DNA from: Chrysomallon squamiferum | Lineage: Eukaryota > Animalia > Mollusca | Direction: 5' to 3' | Length of the DNA: 64,000 bases | Assembly (NCBI GenBank): GCA_012295275.1 | Contig: CM022665.1 | Span: 14,198,001 to 14,262,000, forward strand | Shown: positions 26,101 through 38,385 of the stretch, in pieces | How the letters are laid out: each line of letters begins with the position of its first letter | Numbering within the stretch: the stretch's first letter is position 1 | Notes under the pieces: generated by a model | Database searches by the model: none | The model's input: the letters and a program-made list of their open reading frames with translations, nothing else | Told to the model about the DNA's origin: nothing | Program-made: the position numbers and the translations under genes

Positions 26101-26473
26101 GAGCAATGAATAAACATTATTATGATGTCAACTTCATCTCAGCATACTTCAGTGTACATGACACCTTCTCTTAGACCTTATTTCAATGTATATTAGATTT
26201 AAATGGGGAAAAAAAAACCCTGCAACTAAATTATATGGAAAAGAAAGATGAAGAAACATCTCATTTGTTATACTTGTACAATGTACAATAATTCCTGGAA
26301 TTATTCTGAAAGAAATGTATTATTCATGGATCCATATGGAAGCTGACCTAAACTGAAAAAACTAGATGATTGTATGGTGTGTCTGAGAATTACTTTTAGA
26401 TTTAAAATAAAAAATGAAATAAAATATTTCTCAATTTTTTTCCTCTTCTTCTTCCTCATTTTATTTTACTAAT

Positions 26474-26505
26474 TATAATTATTATTATTATTTTTATTAT
26501 TATTA

Positions 26506-26548
<43 letters not shown>
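26474..26548. repeat. (ATT)n microsatellite
   Basis: Directly visible, with interruptions. Confidence 0.95.
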
Positions 26549-26549
<1 letters not shown>

Positions 26550-27469
26550 TTAAATATTATAAAACAATGGAAATATCATAAATTAAATTTGCCAGATCCA
26601 AAACTAAATATTTCTATGCCTATTAACTGATACATTATGGTAATGTATTCTTTATCATTTTATTAATAACTGTTTTATATACATACACACACACTTGTGT
26701 GTTTGTGTATCACACTTACATATAAAAACGAGAAGAATTGCCAGCATATAAGTTTTTCTTAAATTATTATTATTAGGTTTGAGTAATTTGTCAGGCAAAA
26801 GATTTAATTTTACAACATCATGGACTCCTTTTTTTAATTTACAGTATGTGTGTACCAGAAAAATAACTCATGAAGGACTCAGTGTGTCTATATTAAATTT
26901 GTCATTTTCTAAAACAGTATTTTATATATATAGAAACAGGATAGTACATACCACAATATTTGAGTCACATCTAATAGAATGTGAAAATAACACTAAATGC
27001 TGATGATAAATACAACTGTGATGGAGATAATTGTGTGTTTCTACAAGTCAATATTAATCTCATTCTGAGATGTGCCACATTACCATGGCAGCCATTTTTA
27101 AATGGCAGTACTGCTGCTGTAATTATGGATTTGGTTTTAGACAAACATGAGCTTTATGTCTAAAATATCCAATTACTGAGTAATGATGTGTGGTTGGTTC
27201 TAAAACTGCCAGGAATCACATCATGCTGATAGTAATGGTCTGCATGACAATGTTGTTTTAAAAATGCTCTGAGTAACAGTTTTATTTAAAAACTGATCAG
27301 AATAAAATAGTTTTCTTTAACAAACTCCTCCAAATGACACAGTTTAATTTAAGAACTGCTCAAAATAATGTAGCTTTATTTAAAAACTGTAGTTTTATTT
27401 AATGACCCACAATAAATACATTTTTAATCTACAAATTTGGTGGTATCATAAATACAGTTAATGAGTATA

Positions 27470-27600
27470 CAGAAAATGCGAGAGAAAACCCTTCCATTGA
27501 ATAGCTACTCTTTTGCAATTAGCAAAGCATTAACTTTTATATGCATCTTCCCATACACAGGAAAGCAGATACCAAGTCATTTATTTAACTGAGGGACACA
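27470..27600 (-). mobile_element. Decayed SINE-like interspersed repeat (family A core)
   Basis: gctactcttttgcaattagcaaag...cttttatatgcatcttcccatacacagg aligns by eye with segments near 21150 and 51352 and with the reverse complement of 45845-45889. Confidence 0.55.
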
Positions 27601-28692
27601 GATTGTTCAAAAATGGCATTTGACAAAGTAGTATTGGTAGAAATGGGCAGGATTGTAGCATTGATTTAAATAGATTATTTTTAACACGACATATTAATAC
27701 CAGGGCACTGATATTAAATTATTAGGTACAGACATCAAACTGATTCATAAGTATGTAACAAACATTAACACCAAACAGAAAGACATTGGTACAAATGAGC
27801 TGTTGATTTTAAAATTGCACAGAATAATATAAGACTGGTATCAACATCAAAGCACAGACACGTTTACTTAAAATTTGCCCACAACAAAATGGCTGCCTGG
27901 TAAAGCTGGTTTAAAATTATGCTTTACAATTTAGCACTGGCAGCACCGGTAAAACGACAAAGCAAATTTGATTTTAAATCTGCCCAGAGCATTACTGGCT
28001 TCACATCAGTGTGGTTCAACAGTGTGTCTATTTGTAGTAAGATGGCTGAATGTAATGTTGTTTTAAATTTGGCTTCAGCTTTATGGTGCTGAAACCAAGA
28101 TGGCAATAAATGGATTGAGTTTAAAATATTACTGGCTTGAAAAAAAAAAAATCCCTGCAGGAACAAGATATAAATATAAATACCAAAACTATAAATTTGT
28201 TTGCCAATGGAAAAAAAAAACACAATGATATATGCTAAAAAAAGGACCAGATATATACTGAAAGAATGTTATTCACTCAAACTAAAGCAGAAAAATTAAT
28301 TGATGAAATTACATTATCCTTGATAGATAGAAAATTAAAACAATTTCATATATAACAGAAAAAAAATCTTGAATATAATATGTCTAGTAGTAATTAACAG
28401 AAACATTTATATACTTACATCAGTGGTTTTTGGTTTTGGAATATTACATATAAGTATATAATATAACTGTTAAATAGTATGGTAATATAAGTAAAAAAGC
28501 AAATAAATATTGTGTATGATATACAAAGTGAACATGCCAATTTATGAGTTTTTATATAACAAAGATTTTATCTTTGAAATATAATTTTGATAAATATTCC
28601 AGTTAAAGGGTTATTTGTTATTATAGGTTTTTGGTTAAAAAATATGATTCACTTGTTTTATTTTAAATACTACACAGCAAAAAACAAATTTG

Positions 28693-28735
<43 letters not shown>

Positions 28736-29644
28736 ATAATAAAATGATTTTAAAAAATTACATAAAATAAAATAAATTTAAAAAAATAATAAATAAATAA
28801 ACCAATACATAAATCTAAAACCCGAAAAAAAATAAAAATAAAGTAACTGAAATTTAATGTTCATTGAAAAATTAGTCATTTTTATGCAGTACATACCAGT
28901 GATTTTGTTTTAAACATTATAGACAGATAGAAAAAAGAAATTCTTGAAATCATGGATTTAAAAAAACTGAATATGCATTACATATACTTGCTTTTATTTG
29001 AAATATAACAGAAAAAGAGAAAAAAATCCATGTTATTACATTTATAATGTAACAGCTTTGGACTATGATAAACTATGATCATGAATTTCAGTTCATTTTA
29101 TTTTTTAAATTATTATTGTTGTTGTTTTTTGTTTTTTTGATGTTACACAGAGAGAAAAACCTTGATATTTTTATGCATGATAGAATTTTTCATTTGTATG
29201 CATTATTGTTTTAAAAAAAAAAAAATATTATTGATCATGAAAAAATAACACACAAAAAAAATCTTGATGTTTTATGTATAATATAGAAGATATTGTTCAT
29301 TATCATGCAATGCAAATAATTCAATTTATTTTACATATTAAACAGAGAAAACCCATATATTCTGTACAGTATCAGTATGAAAAAAAAAAGAAGGACAGAT
29401 TAGGTCACTGATTCATTATCATAAGTTTTTGGTTAAAAGTATTACAGATTTAAGAAACAGAAATAACTCCTATATATTCTCTCTCTATATATGTAATAAA
29501 TATATGATAGTTCATTATGAAGCATTAATTATTTTTCAATATATATCACTGGTTATTTTGAAGTACATTCTACTGATGTTTGTTTCTGGCATCATAGATA
29601 TACGGAAGCCATGAAGTAATAATGTGAAGTTTAGCTATAAATAC

Positions 29645-29768
29645 CTGGTCTGCACTTGTAGGCCACTTCCAGATACTTTGATGTTCCTGGGCAGGGATCT
29701 TGTCGAAATGTTTCAGCACTGGCCACTAGATGGCAGCGATGTTTGTTCTGACACAAATCAAGAAGGAC
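29645..29768 (-). CDS. EVA1C: EVA-1/EVA1C-like protein, coding exon: C-terminal half of SUEL lectin domain 1
   Basis: Acceptor ttttttatccttcag| and donor G|gtattt. 124 nt, phase 0-1. Translates VLLDLCQNKHRCHLVASAETFRQDPCPGTSKYLEVAYKCRP. The DPCPGTSKYL..YKC.P motif is typical of eva-1/EVA1C. In frame with both neighbouring exons. Confidence 0.95.
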
Positions 29769-30017
29769 CTGAAGGATAAAAAAATAAGACTGAAATGAAG
29801 AAAATATCCTGGCTTTTAAAAAAAAAAAGGGGAATGTCACTCTGGCAGATCAATTTGCCCCCTGACACCCATCGACCAGAGCGATTATTGATTGGAAAGA
29901 GTGAAAATAGACAAAGTGTGCTTCACGAAAAATTGTGTGGCAATTTACATGCACAATGAGCTGAATCTTCTTGAGTAGAGAGCAAGTCAAGAAAACCTTC
30001 ATCGTTTCTGTAATTAG

Positions 30018-30500
30018 AGTTGAAAATCCTTAAATATCAGTGTTGAAAATCCTTAAATAGAAGTGTTGATAACATTCAAATATCAATGTTTAAATCCTCT
30101 AATAATTTGTTGAATATCTTTTAATATTCATGTCATTTAATTCAGAAATAAAAAAAACATTTAAAAGTCATGAAGAATGGTATGTTGAAAAAAAAAAATT
30201 TATTGGCACATATTGAAAACATAATTTAAAGTCAACAAATTTATGAAATATTTATGATCAGTTTTGTAAATTCTTTAAAATCCTTTAATTCAACTCATGT
30301 TTAGTGAAAAATTCTGAAATATTTTAAATTCCTGTTTTGAATAAACTTTAATTTCATGAATTTAAAATCCATTAATATGAAGTCGAAAATCCTTTACTAT
30401 AAACTGTTGAAAATCCTACACAGTAAAATATTGAAAAAATCCTTCAGAATGAAATATTGGAAATCATTTAGCATCAGAGTTAAAAGCCATTTAACCTGAA
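30018..30500. repeat. Degenerate about 23-bp minisatellite (gttgaaaatccttaaatatcagt)
   Basis: Two near-identical units at 30019-30064, followed by progressively decayed units containing aaaatcct. Confidence 0.7.
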
Positions 30501-33500
30501 CACTGAAAATTAATTAAAACAACTTTATAAAAAAAGAATCTTGTATTTGAATCTTCTGAAATTAAGAATAAGAAGCCAATTCATACTCTCCTCTCTACTA
30601 CCATGTACATGAAAACTTACACTGTTTTGAACAATTATTTAACAAATGGGTAAACTGGTGTATTTTGAGCAGTTGTGTACATCCAGATGCCTGCATCTGT
30701 ATATTATTACTTTGATAAACATAACAAAGAATTTCACTTGTAATGATTCCTAATGTGTGTCTGGTTCTGACAAAAATGGCTGCCGAGGTGAAATTAACTC
30801 CTGTATACACCTCTTTGTAGGAGAGATCCAGTATTTAAGAAAAAGGTGTATGCCACAAGCATCATGTGTATAAATTTCAAAATGAAATGTTTTCTTTCTT
30901 AAACAGTTTAATTATGCAGACCCATCTAGATCTGTTCATGTTCTGCCAAAGTGTGAAAATGTCTTATGCAGAGGCATGGTGATCATTGTTCAAGGTAAAA
31001 TTTAAATGTATTTGGAAATTGTTTTATTTATTTCATGTCTTAAAAAAACATTAAATAAAGAAAACTAAAGTGTATCTGTAATGGTAACATTAATAAATGT
31101 TAATTACAATCAAGTGCTTATTTCATTTCCATAACCAGTCTAAATATATTTTCTGTGCATATGTTGTTATTATTGTTGTTTTATGTGTGAGCAGGGTTTT
31201 TTTAATTACACCTGACACAGTTTCAAGCAAATGTTTTATATGGAAAAGATGTCAAAATAATAAAGTTTGACAAGCTTGTTAAAAATCCTGGTTAGTGTCC
31301 TTTTTTTCCTAATGCATTTGCAATATTCTGTTTTATATGTGGAAACCATTCTTGATAAACTGATAAATTAGACAGTTTTCACTAATTTGATCAATCTTTC
31401 TCTCTTTTTAATTTCAGTATTAAGTGAACAAAATAACATTAGAAAACTGGCAGATATCTGTTTCATTATGTCTGTTTATTATTATTATTATTATTTTACA
31501 AATCATTTTAAATTTCTATGTAATTTACAGGAAAAATAATTTTTCTTTATTATATTTGTTGACTCAGCCATTAATGTTCAGTGATAAGAATTATTATTAT
31601 TATTATTATTATTATCATTTAAATTTTTGTAATGACATCTTAAGTGCATTAGGACAATTAAAAACTGATTCTCAGTGTCACAGCTGTATTTCTAACATTT
31701 TTCAGAATGCAATGTCTGAAGAAATCCAGTCAAAGACTTAATTGAAAAATCCCAACATTATGGAATTTGTCTAATGAAGTTAATGCTGACATGTGAATGG
31801 TGGACAAGAATTTACTAACAAATGAAAATTAATTCATAGGAGATCAGCCAATGTTTGCAGACAATAGGAATCAATACAAAAGTAACATCCAATCAAAATC
31901 ACTGTTACATGAGTATCAGGCTGCTTAAAGTGAGGTTTTGCTGAAGAAGCTTAAGAATTAACTGAAAATAATAAGAATCAATAGAAGTATAATGTAGCCA
32001 ATCAAAAACACTGGTACTTCTGAGTTAAATGAAAAATACTTTTTTGAAAAACATGGGGATTACTTAAAAAAGAAATTCTGTAAAAGAGTTCATTTCCTCT
32101 TTTTGACTTTGTGAACTGAAATCGTTAACTGGTTTAGAAAAAAAAAAAAAAAAAAAATAAAGAGAAGAAGGAATTGATTTGTTATAGAAAGTCAAAGAAA
32201 TAAAAAATAAATACAATATAATAATTTAATCAGATTAAGATTTTCTAATTATATTAGCTCATGCAAGAAACTTTATAATCAGCTCTCTCTCTCTTTTTCT
32301 GTCTTTCTCTGTTTATCTCTATTACACACACTCACTCATACACACCACATATATGTACAGGAATAAAATAAAAATAACAATAATAACAGATAATCAAACA
32401 TAATTGTTTGAATCTAAACTGAATTAAAAAGATATATTTCCACACATCTTGACTGTTTATATCAATAATAATAATAATGAAAAGGAAAAAAAAAAGAGAA
32501 GAAAAATTAGTAATGATTATTTTTGAACAAAGGTTAACCAGATCAAATGTGATTAAACTATTTCTGAGAAAATATGTAACATTTTTATCTGAAATCAATT
32601 ACATTGTTCTTAATGAAACTGTGTTTCAGTATTTCTGATTAATATCTTATGACATTGACCTTGCTTGAGAAGAGCTTTAATGATTTGTGGAGGCTATGAT
32701 ACAATGACAGCTGTTTTCTTGAGCAGAATGTACAATAATATTGACAGATGTCTGTGTGTGTGTATATTTGTGTGTACAGGAATGAGTATGCATTTATGTA
32801 TGTGTGTGAGGTGTCTGTTGTGTTTGTGTGTGTGAATATATGTGTGTGTACGCATGTATCTATATATATATATGTGCCTGTGTGTGAGTATGTGTCTATA
32901 CATGTATTTGTGTGTGTGTGTGTGTGTGTGTATTTATTTTCTTTAGCAGAATGTGCAACATTATTGACAAATATCTGTTAGTGTATGTGCATTTGTAGGC
33001 ATGTGTATGTGCGAGTAAAAATGCACGTGCATGTGCATGCATATATAAATGTGCCTATATGAATGTGTTTACATAAGATTATGTATGTATGAATGTACAT
33101 GGGTACATTAATGTATATGTTTATGTGTATGTTTATATGTGTAGAGCAGAAAATATCAACTAACATTTTCACTGGGAGTGGGCCTATATTATATCAATAT
33201 TTTAACCTCAACTAAAACTCAAAAGATTTATAATAAAATAAAATACATAATAAAACAAATCAAAAATTAAAAATAAAAAAAATAAATAAATAAATATAAA
33301 AATAATAATGAGAACTCATCAGGCCAACATTCCTTCCCATATTACTACTATTACATGCCACTGTTCTGACCCACACTAAAATTTAAAGCTTTTAAAGTTC
33401 AGCTATTTACAGCAACACTTTTAAGCCAGATTATCTCACTCTAAAAGGATTGCATCCCTTGGGAAAATAACAAAAATGCTGAAGATAAACCAGGCCAGCT

Positions 33501-35789
33501 TGACCACAGGAAGAATTTCCACTGACCAGACAATGACCCATTAGTATGTTGGTCATCTCAGAAAGATGACAGAGAAACACACTGAATGATAAATGTAAAC
33601 ATGATTTACAGAAAAAACACAAAAAACAAGTCAATTTTGTCAAAATTAATAGATATTTTTCAGTATTGGACTTTGTTAATACACTGAACAAATTTATAGA
33701 AAACAGATATATGTAAAGGGTGTGTGTGTGTGTGTGTGTGTGTCTATATATATATATATATGAAAGCAAAACTAATAACCACAATACTTTTAATCCTTAC
33801 AAATAATTTTGCATTCTACAATTTAATCCCAGAACCTTCAAACCTGCAGGCTGATTATTTTAGCCAGCCATGACACAACACAGGCAACCATAGCCCATAT
33901 GAACTGGCTCCTCAGTGCTAGTTAGGTATTGAAATATGTGGAAAATTGCACACATTTAATCCCCTCCTGATAGACTGATCTTTGTTTGTAAATCACAAAC
34001 TCTGCACTTAGTGGCCCACCTGGACTGCAGTGTTTGAATCTGAAGAATATATAAACATGTTAATAATTCTTCTTTTCATACTGCTAACCCAGATGTCAGA
34101 GGTTTGTCTGGAAATAAGTAAGAAAGTAATGGTGGGATCTCATCTTAGTAATGGATCTGGAGAGAATAATTTTGGGAAACAAAATCAGTACGAACAAAAT
34201 TTCTTCTGTCTAACTTTCTAACATACTAACACTATTTTATGTCCAAGGTAGATATGCTTGAATTAAAATAGTGCTCAACAACAGCATCAGTAACCACATC
34301 ATTTTACCCATTCTACAACTTCACCGCCAATCAGGAGTGATTAAAAGTAGTATACTGAATACTCCTTCTCTTCAGACATGACCTACTACCTTTCAGCCTA
34401 ATGCACCTACCACGAGTTTGTTTCCATTGACAAGATGTCATCTTCATTAGACACCAACAGACAGTGATTAGAACTGACAGGAACATGTGTCAGGCAGAAC
34501 ATTAAACATGTCTGCTTATTGTAATGTTCATTAAAGAGACAATAAACTTCAATTTTTCATTGTCTGACAATCAGTAAAATCTTCAGACTGATTTATTGTT
34601 GTTGATTTTTCTTAATCATTATAATTGTATCAGACAAACTACTGAGGTTTATTATCAATACAATACAAACTATAAATTAATTACTGAACAGAATAAGTAT
34701 AAAAAATCATATAAAAAATAATTAAATATTTTAGCTCTTTAATGATAAAAATGTCTAGGGTAACAAATTAGGTTCATGGATTAAATGGTGCCAAAAACAA
34801 ATGTACTTTGCATCATGTAGGCATGTTCAGGAAAGCACATAAAATAGATTTTTAATAAATCAGTCAAGTGTAATTGGTTGGAATGGTAAATTGTCCATTG
34901 TTTGAAAAGAGGCTATAGCTTGTAAATCTCCAAGTGATTTACTATTGTTTATTTTGTGAAGTTTTGCTGTATTGATTAAATTATTACTGTTAATTTTGGA
35001 AACTATGAAGATACCAAGGACAGTTATTTACTGAATATTGTTATAAAAAACATTATTATATTCACAATGTATTATTAATTACTGTAGCTGGACCTTTAGA
35101 AAATATAATACATCTTTTGTAATATGATAAAAAATATATTGTTTTGATTTTAACAATAATTTAATTTTAAAATGAAATAACAAAAGAAAAAGAAGTTTGG
35201 AACAAAGATATAAATAAAATAAAGAAATAAAGGCAATAATAAATGAATAAATAAAGTTAATCAATAATAAATAAAGACAGAAAATTAATAACAAATTAAC
35301 AAATAAGTAAATTTTTAAAAAATCCATAAAAAGTGAACATTAAAAAAAAAAATCTTAATAAATACAAATAAATAAATTTTAAAAAGCTAAAACTTCAGGA
35401 ATTTTTATATACCAAATTTAACACTAATAAAATGTTACATCAAATAATAACTTACTAAAAAGCAAAAACCATACAGAACTATCTGTATTTCCTGTGTTCT
35501 CTTCCAACACATCCTGGTTTTCTTAACACTGGTCTAAAAACAAGGACCCACAACTGCTTGACCACATCCTGTTTTGAAAGCACAGTTTGAAAAACAGTGG
35601 GTTATCCAGTAAACACAACAAGACAAAACTAGATACTAAAATCCACAGCAATAAAACTTTTAACATCCTGTTATTTAACTCAAACAAAACAAGATAATAA
35701 AATTATCTCTAGAGCTTACTGTAGCAGAGAAAGTAATTAATTAACTTCCTTTTGCTAATAATGACAAACCAGTTTGAACACTGAAGTAG

Positions 35790-36020
35790 AAAGAATTTTG
35801 AATCAGATTTTCCTATGTACGGTTTAGAATAAGAATTTCTTATCTTAAATTTTGAATAATGTGTTCCTGTTTTAGATTTTGAATCAGATCTGCCCTAGAC
35901 TTTGAACTGAATTTTCCTGTCTTAGATCTTTGAATTAGAGTTGCCTGTCTCATGATAAAGATTAGATTTTGAATCACATTTTCTTCTTAGATTTTGAATC
36001 AAATTTTCTTCTTTCTTAGA
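35790..36020. repeat. Degenerate about 25-28 bp minisatellite (ttagattttgaatcagattttcctgtc)
   Basis: tttgaa(t) recurs about 7 times at near-regular spacing. Confidence 0.8.
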
Positions 36021-36389
36021 CATTCAGTCATAACTTTATCTCTCTTAACTGTCTCTGTCTCTTTGATAGAGCTTGATAGTTTTCTCTGTTAGAAGGATTT
36101 TGTATCAGAATTTCTTCTCACTCTCTGTGAAAAATTTCAGCCTACAGGATGTGTTTAATGGAAGTAACAGCAGACAGAACAAAGAGAAATTGTTACTTCA
36201 AAGTATAAACATAAGTATAAACACCTGACTTCACAGCAGGTATAAATCTGTGTCAAAATCTACTAATGAGGCACTTAGAATTAATGCTTGATAGGAAGTC
36301 ATAAAGGATGTGTCCATTTTTATATATTTCATTTCCTCTTTTCTTTCTTTCTTTGTTTATTGATTTGTTTATTTAATTACATGATTTTG

Positions 36390-36494
36390 GTATGTATGTA
36401 TGTATGTATGCATGTATGTATATATAATGTGTATGTATGTATGTATATGTATGTGTGTGTATATATATAATGTATATGTATGTATATGTATATG

Positions 36495-36526
<32 letters not shown>

Positions 36527-36610
36527 TGTATGTATGTATGTATGTATGTATGTATGTATGTATGTACATATATGTATGATGTATGCCTGTATGTATGTAT
36601 ATATGTATGT
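36390..36610. repeat. (ATGT)n/(ATATGT)n microsatellite
   Basis: Directly visible. Source of four spurious ORFs. Confidence 0.97.
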
Positions 36611-37561
36611 TGGATATTTTTCTTTACATAAATAATGTGCATATTTCTAAGTGGTAATTTTCTAACAGCTGCACACTGAAGTGTACATGACAGATAGTTA
36701 GTTACTTACATAATATCTCACATTCTTGTTTATTACATAACAAGAATTCCAGTAATTAAAAATTACCTATCTCATTACTGCCCTGTGGTGAGTTGGGGAT
36801 GGGAAAGTTTTGGGGTTGTGCCCCCCTTTTGTTTATGACTATATCCCTGTAAAAGTTTCAATCTATAAAATTAAATCTGGTAACATATTTCTAAATAACT
36901 GTCTTGTAGAGAATGGCCTTTTGGATGGGGGAAGCTTGTTTGTTACTGCACCCCCATCAGATTAATGATTAGGGCCCTGACATTTTCCATGCAGTAAAAT
37001 AGTGCCAGTCATTGAAAGTCATAACATGTGATTTCCAGAAAAGCCAAATAGTTGCTCTGCAGGTGGGAGAGGATGAGGAAACTTTCAATGTTATTGATCC
37101 CCTCTGATTACCTCCTGTTTAATTCTAACACAAAACTTATGGTCTCGTTGTCCATGATGGACCTTCCCCCCAACTGGTCAGTATGGAATTACAACCTGGC
37201 CAAATTCTTTGTTGGCCACCAAATGACCTTTTGGTTCCCACACCAACCTAATTTTATCCTGGTGTGAATGTCTGTCTTCAGCAAAATAAATCTAATAGGG
37301 ACAAATAATTAAAAAATAAAACATTTCTCTTTTCTTTCTTTCCTTCTTAAAGATTACTATTACTATTATTTTATTATTATTACTTTATTATTTATTATAA
37401 TAATAATAATAATAATTATTATTATTACTTGTTTTTGTATTAGAAAGCATAAAATAATTAAGGATAATTGCTTTTCTGATTTAGAAATCAATTCATCTTC
37501 AGTATGATTAAATCAGAAAGTCAAAGACAGCACCAAAAAAAAAAAAAAAAAAAAATAAAAT

Positions 37562-37598
<37 letters not shown>

Positions 37599-38169
37599 AA
37601 TTATGTTTATTAAATGACCCCAAAACTAAATATTTGAAAACAAAGATTTAAAAACTAAAAATGGTCAGGATTAATCTAAGTACAATAGCCTTCAGGGAAG
37701 TATTACATCATTAAAGTTTATGTCTGCTGGGCTAAATGCTAATTTTAAATTCCTCATCAGATTATCCAGCTTATCCCTGTACTTCTGTGTTCATAACCTT
37801 TGACCTTTAGCCTCTGGGTCATAGTCTCATGACCTTCTGACCATTCTTATCTAAGTATGTTTTCCTTTCTTTCTATTCTGTATTTTTAGTTTAAAACTAG
37901 TAATCTGTAACCTAATGGAGTGTAAAATATGAAGACTGTAAACAATGAATTGTTAATTAGAAATGTATTATACAATAGAAATAGTCAACAGTTTACTAGA
38001 AAACCAAAAGTCTGTAAAGAACAAGAAAAAAGAAAAAGAAAAAGGGGTAAAAATGCTTATGAAAAAATATGAAAAGCTACAAATATATAATTATACTTTA
38101 ATGCTTTTTAATATTAATAAGTTTTAAACATTCTTTTTTTTTTTTTTTTTATTTTTTATGATATGATGA

Positions 38170-38385
38170 CATGAGAAATGTAACCTGTTTTTGTCATGTC
38201 CTACACCAATGGATTTGCACTGCAGCAAAATATCTTTGATACAGTGTTTCTCATAGCACATGAGACAGCTTTTATAAACCAGCCATGGTAAATACTTAGT
38301 TGGAATGGGAAAAATAATCTGATGAGAACCCCATAAAGAGAACTGATCCTATTACCAGCCAAGCTTCAGTCAACAACTCATCCAA
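38170..38385 (-). mobile_element. Decayed SINE-like repeat (family A)
   Basis: Segments cagcaaaatatcttt, tggaatgggaa and agaactgatcctat are shared with the copies at 46.5 kb and 51.4 kb. Confidence 0.45.

Noticed and set aside
25055-26265. CRISPR array interpretation of the repeat-spacer pattern
   Set aside because: Repeats are degenerate and non-palindromic, spacers are 60-340 bp and irregular, the context is a eukaryotic intron, and there are no cas genes.
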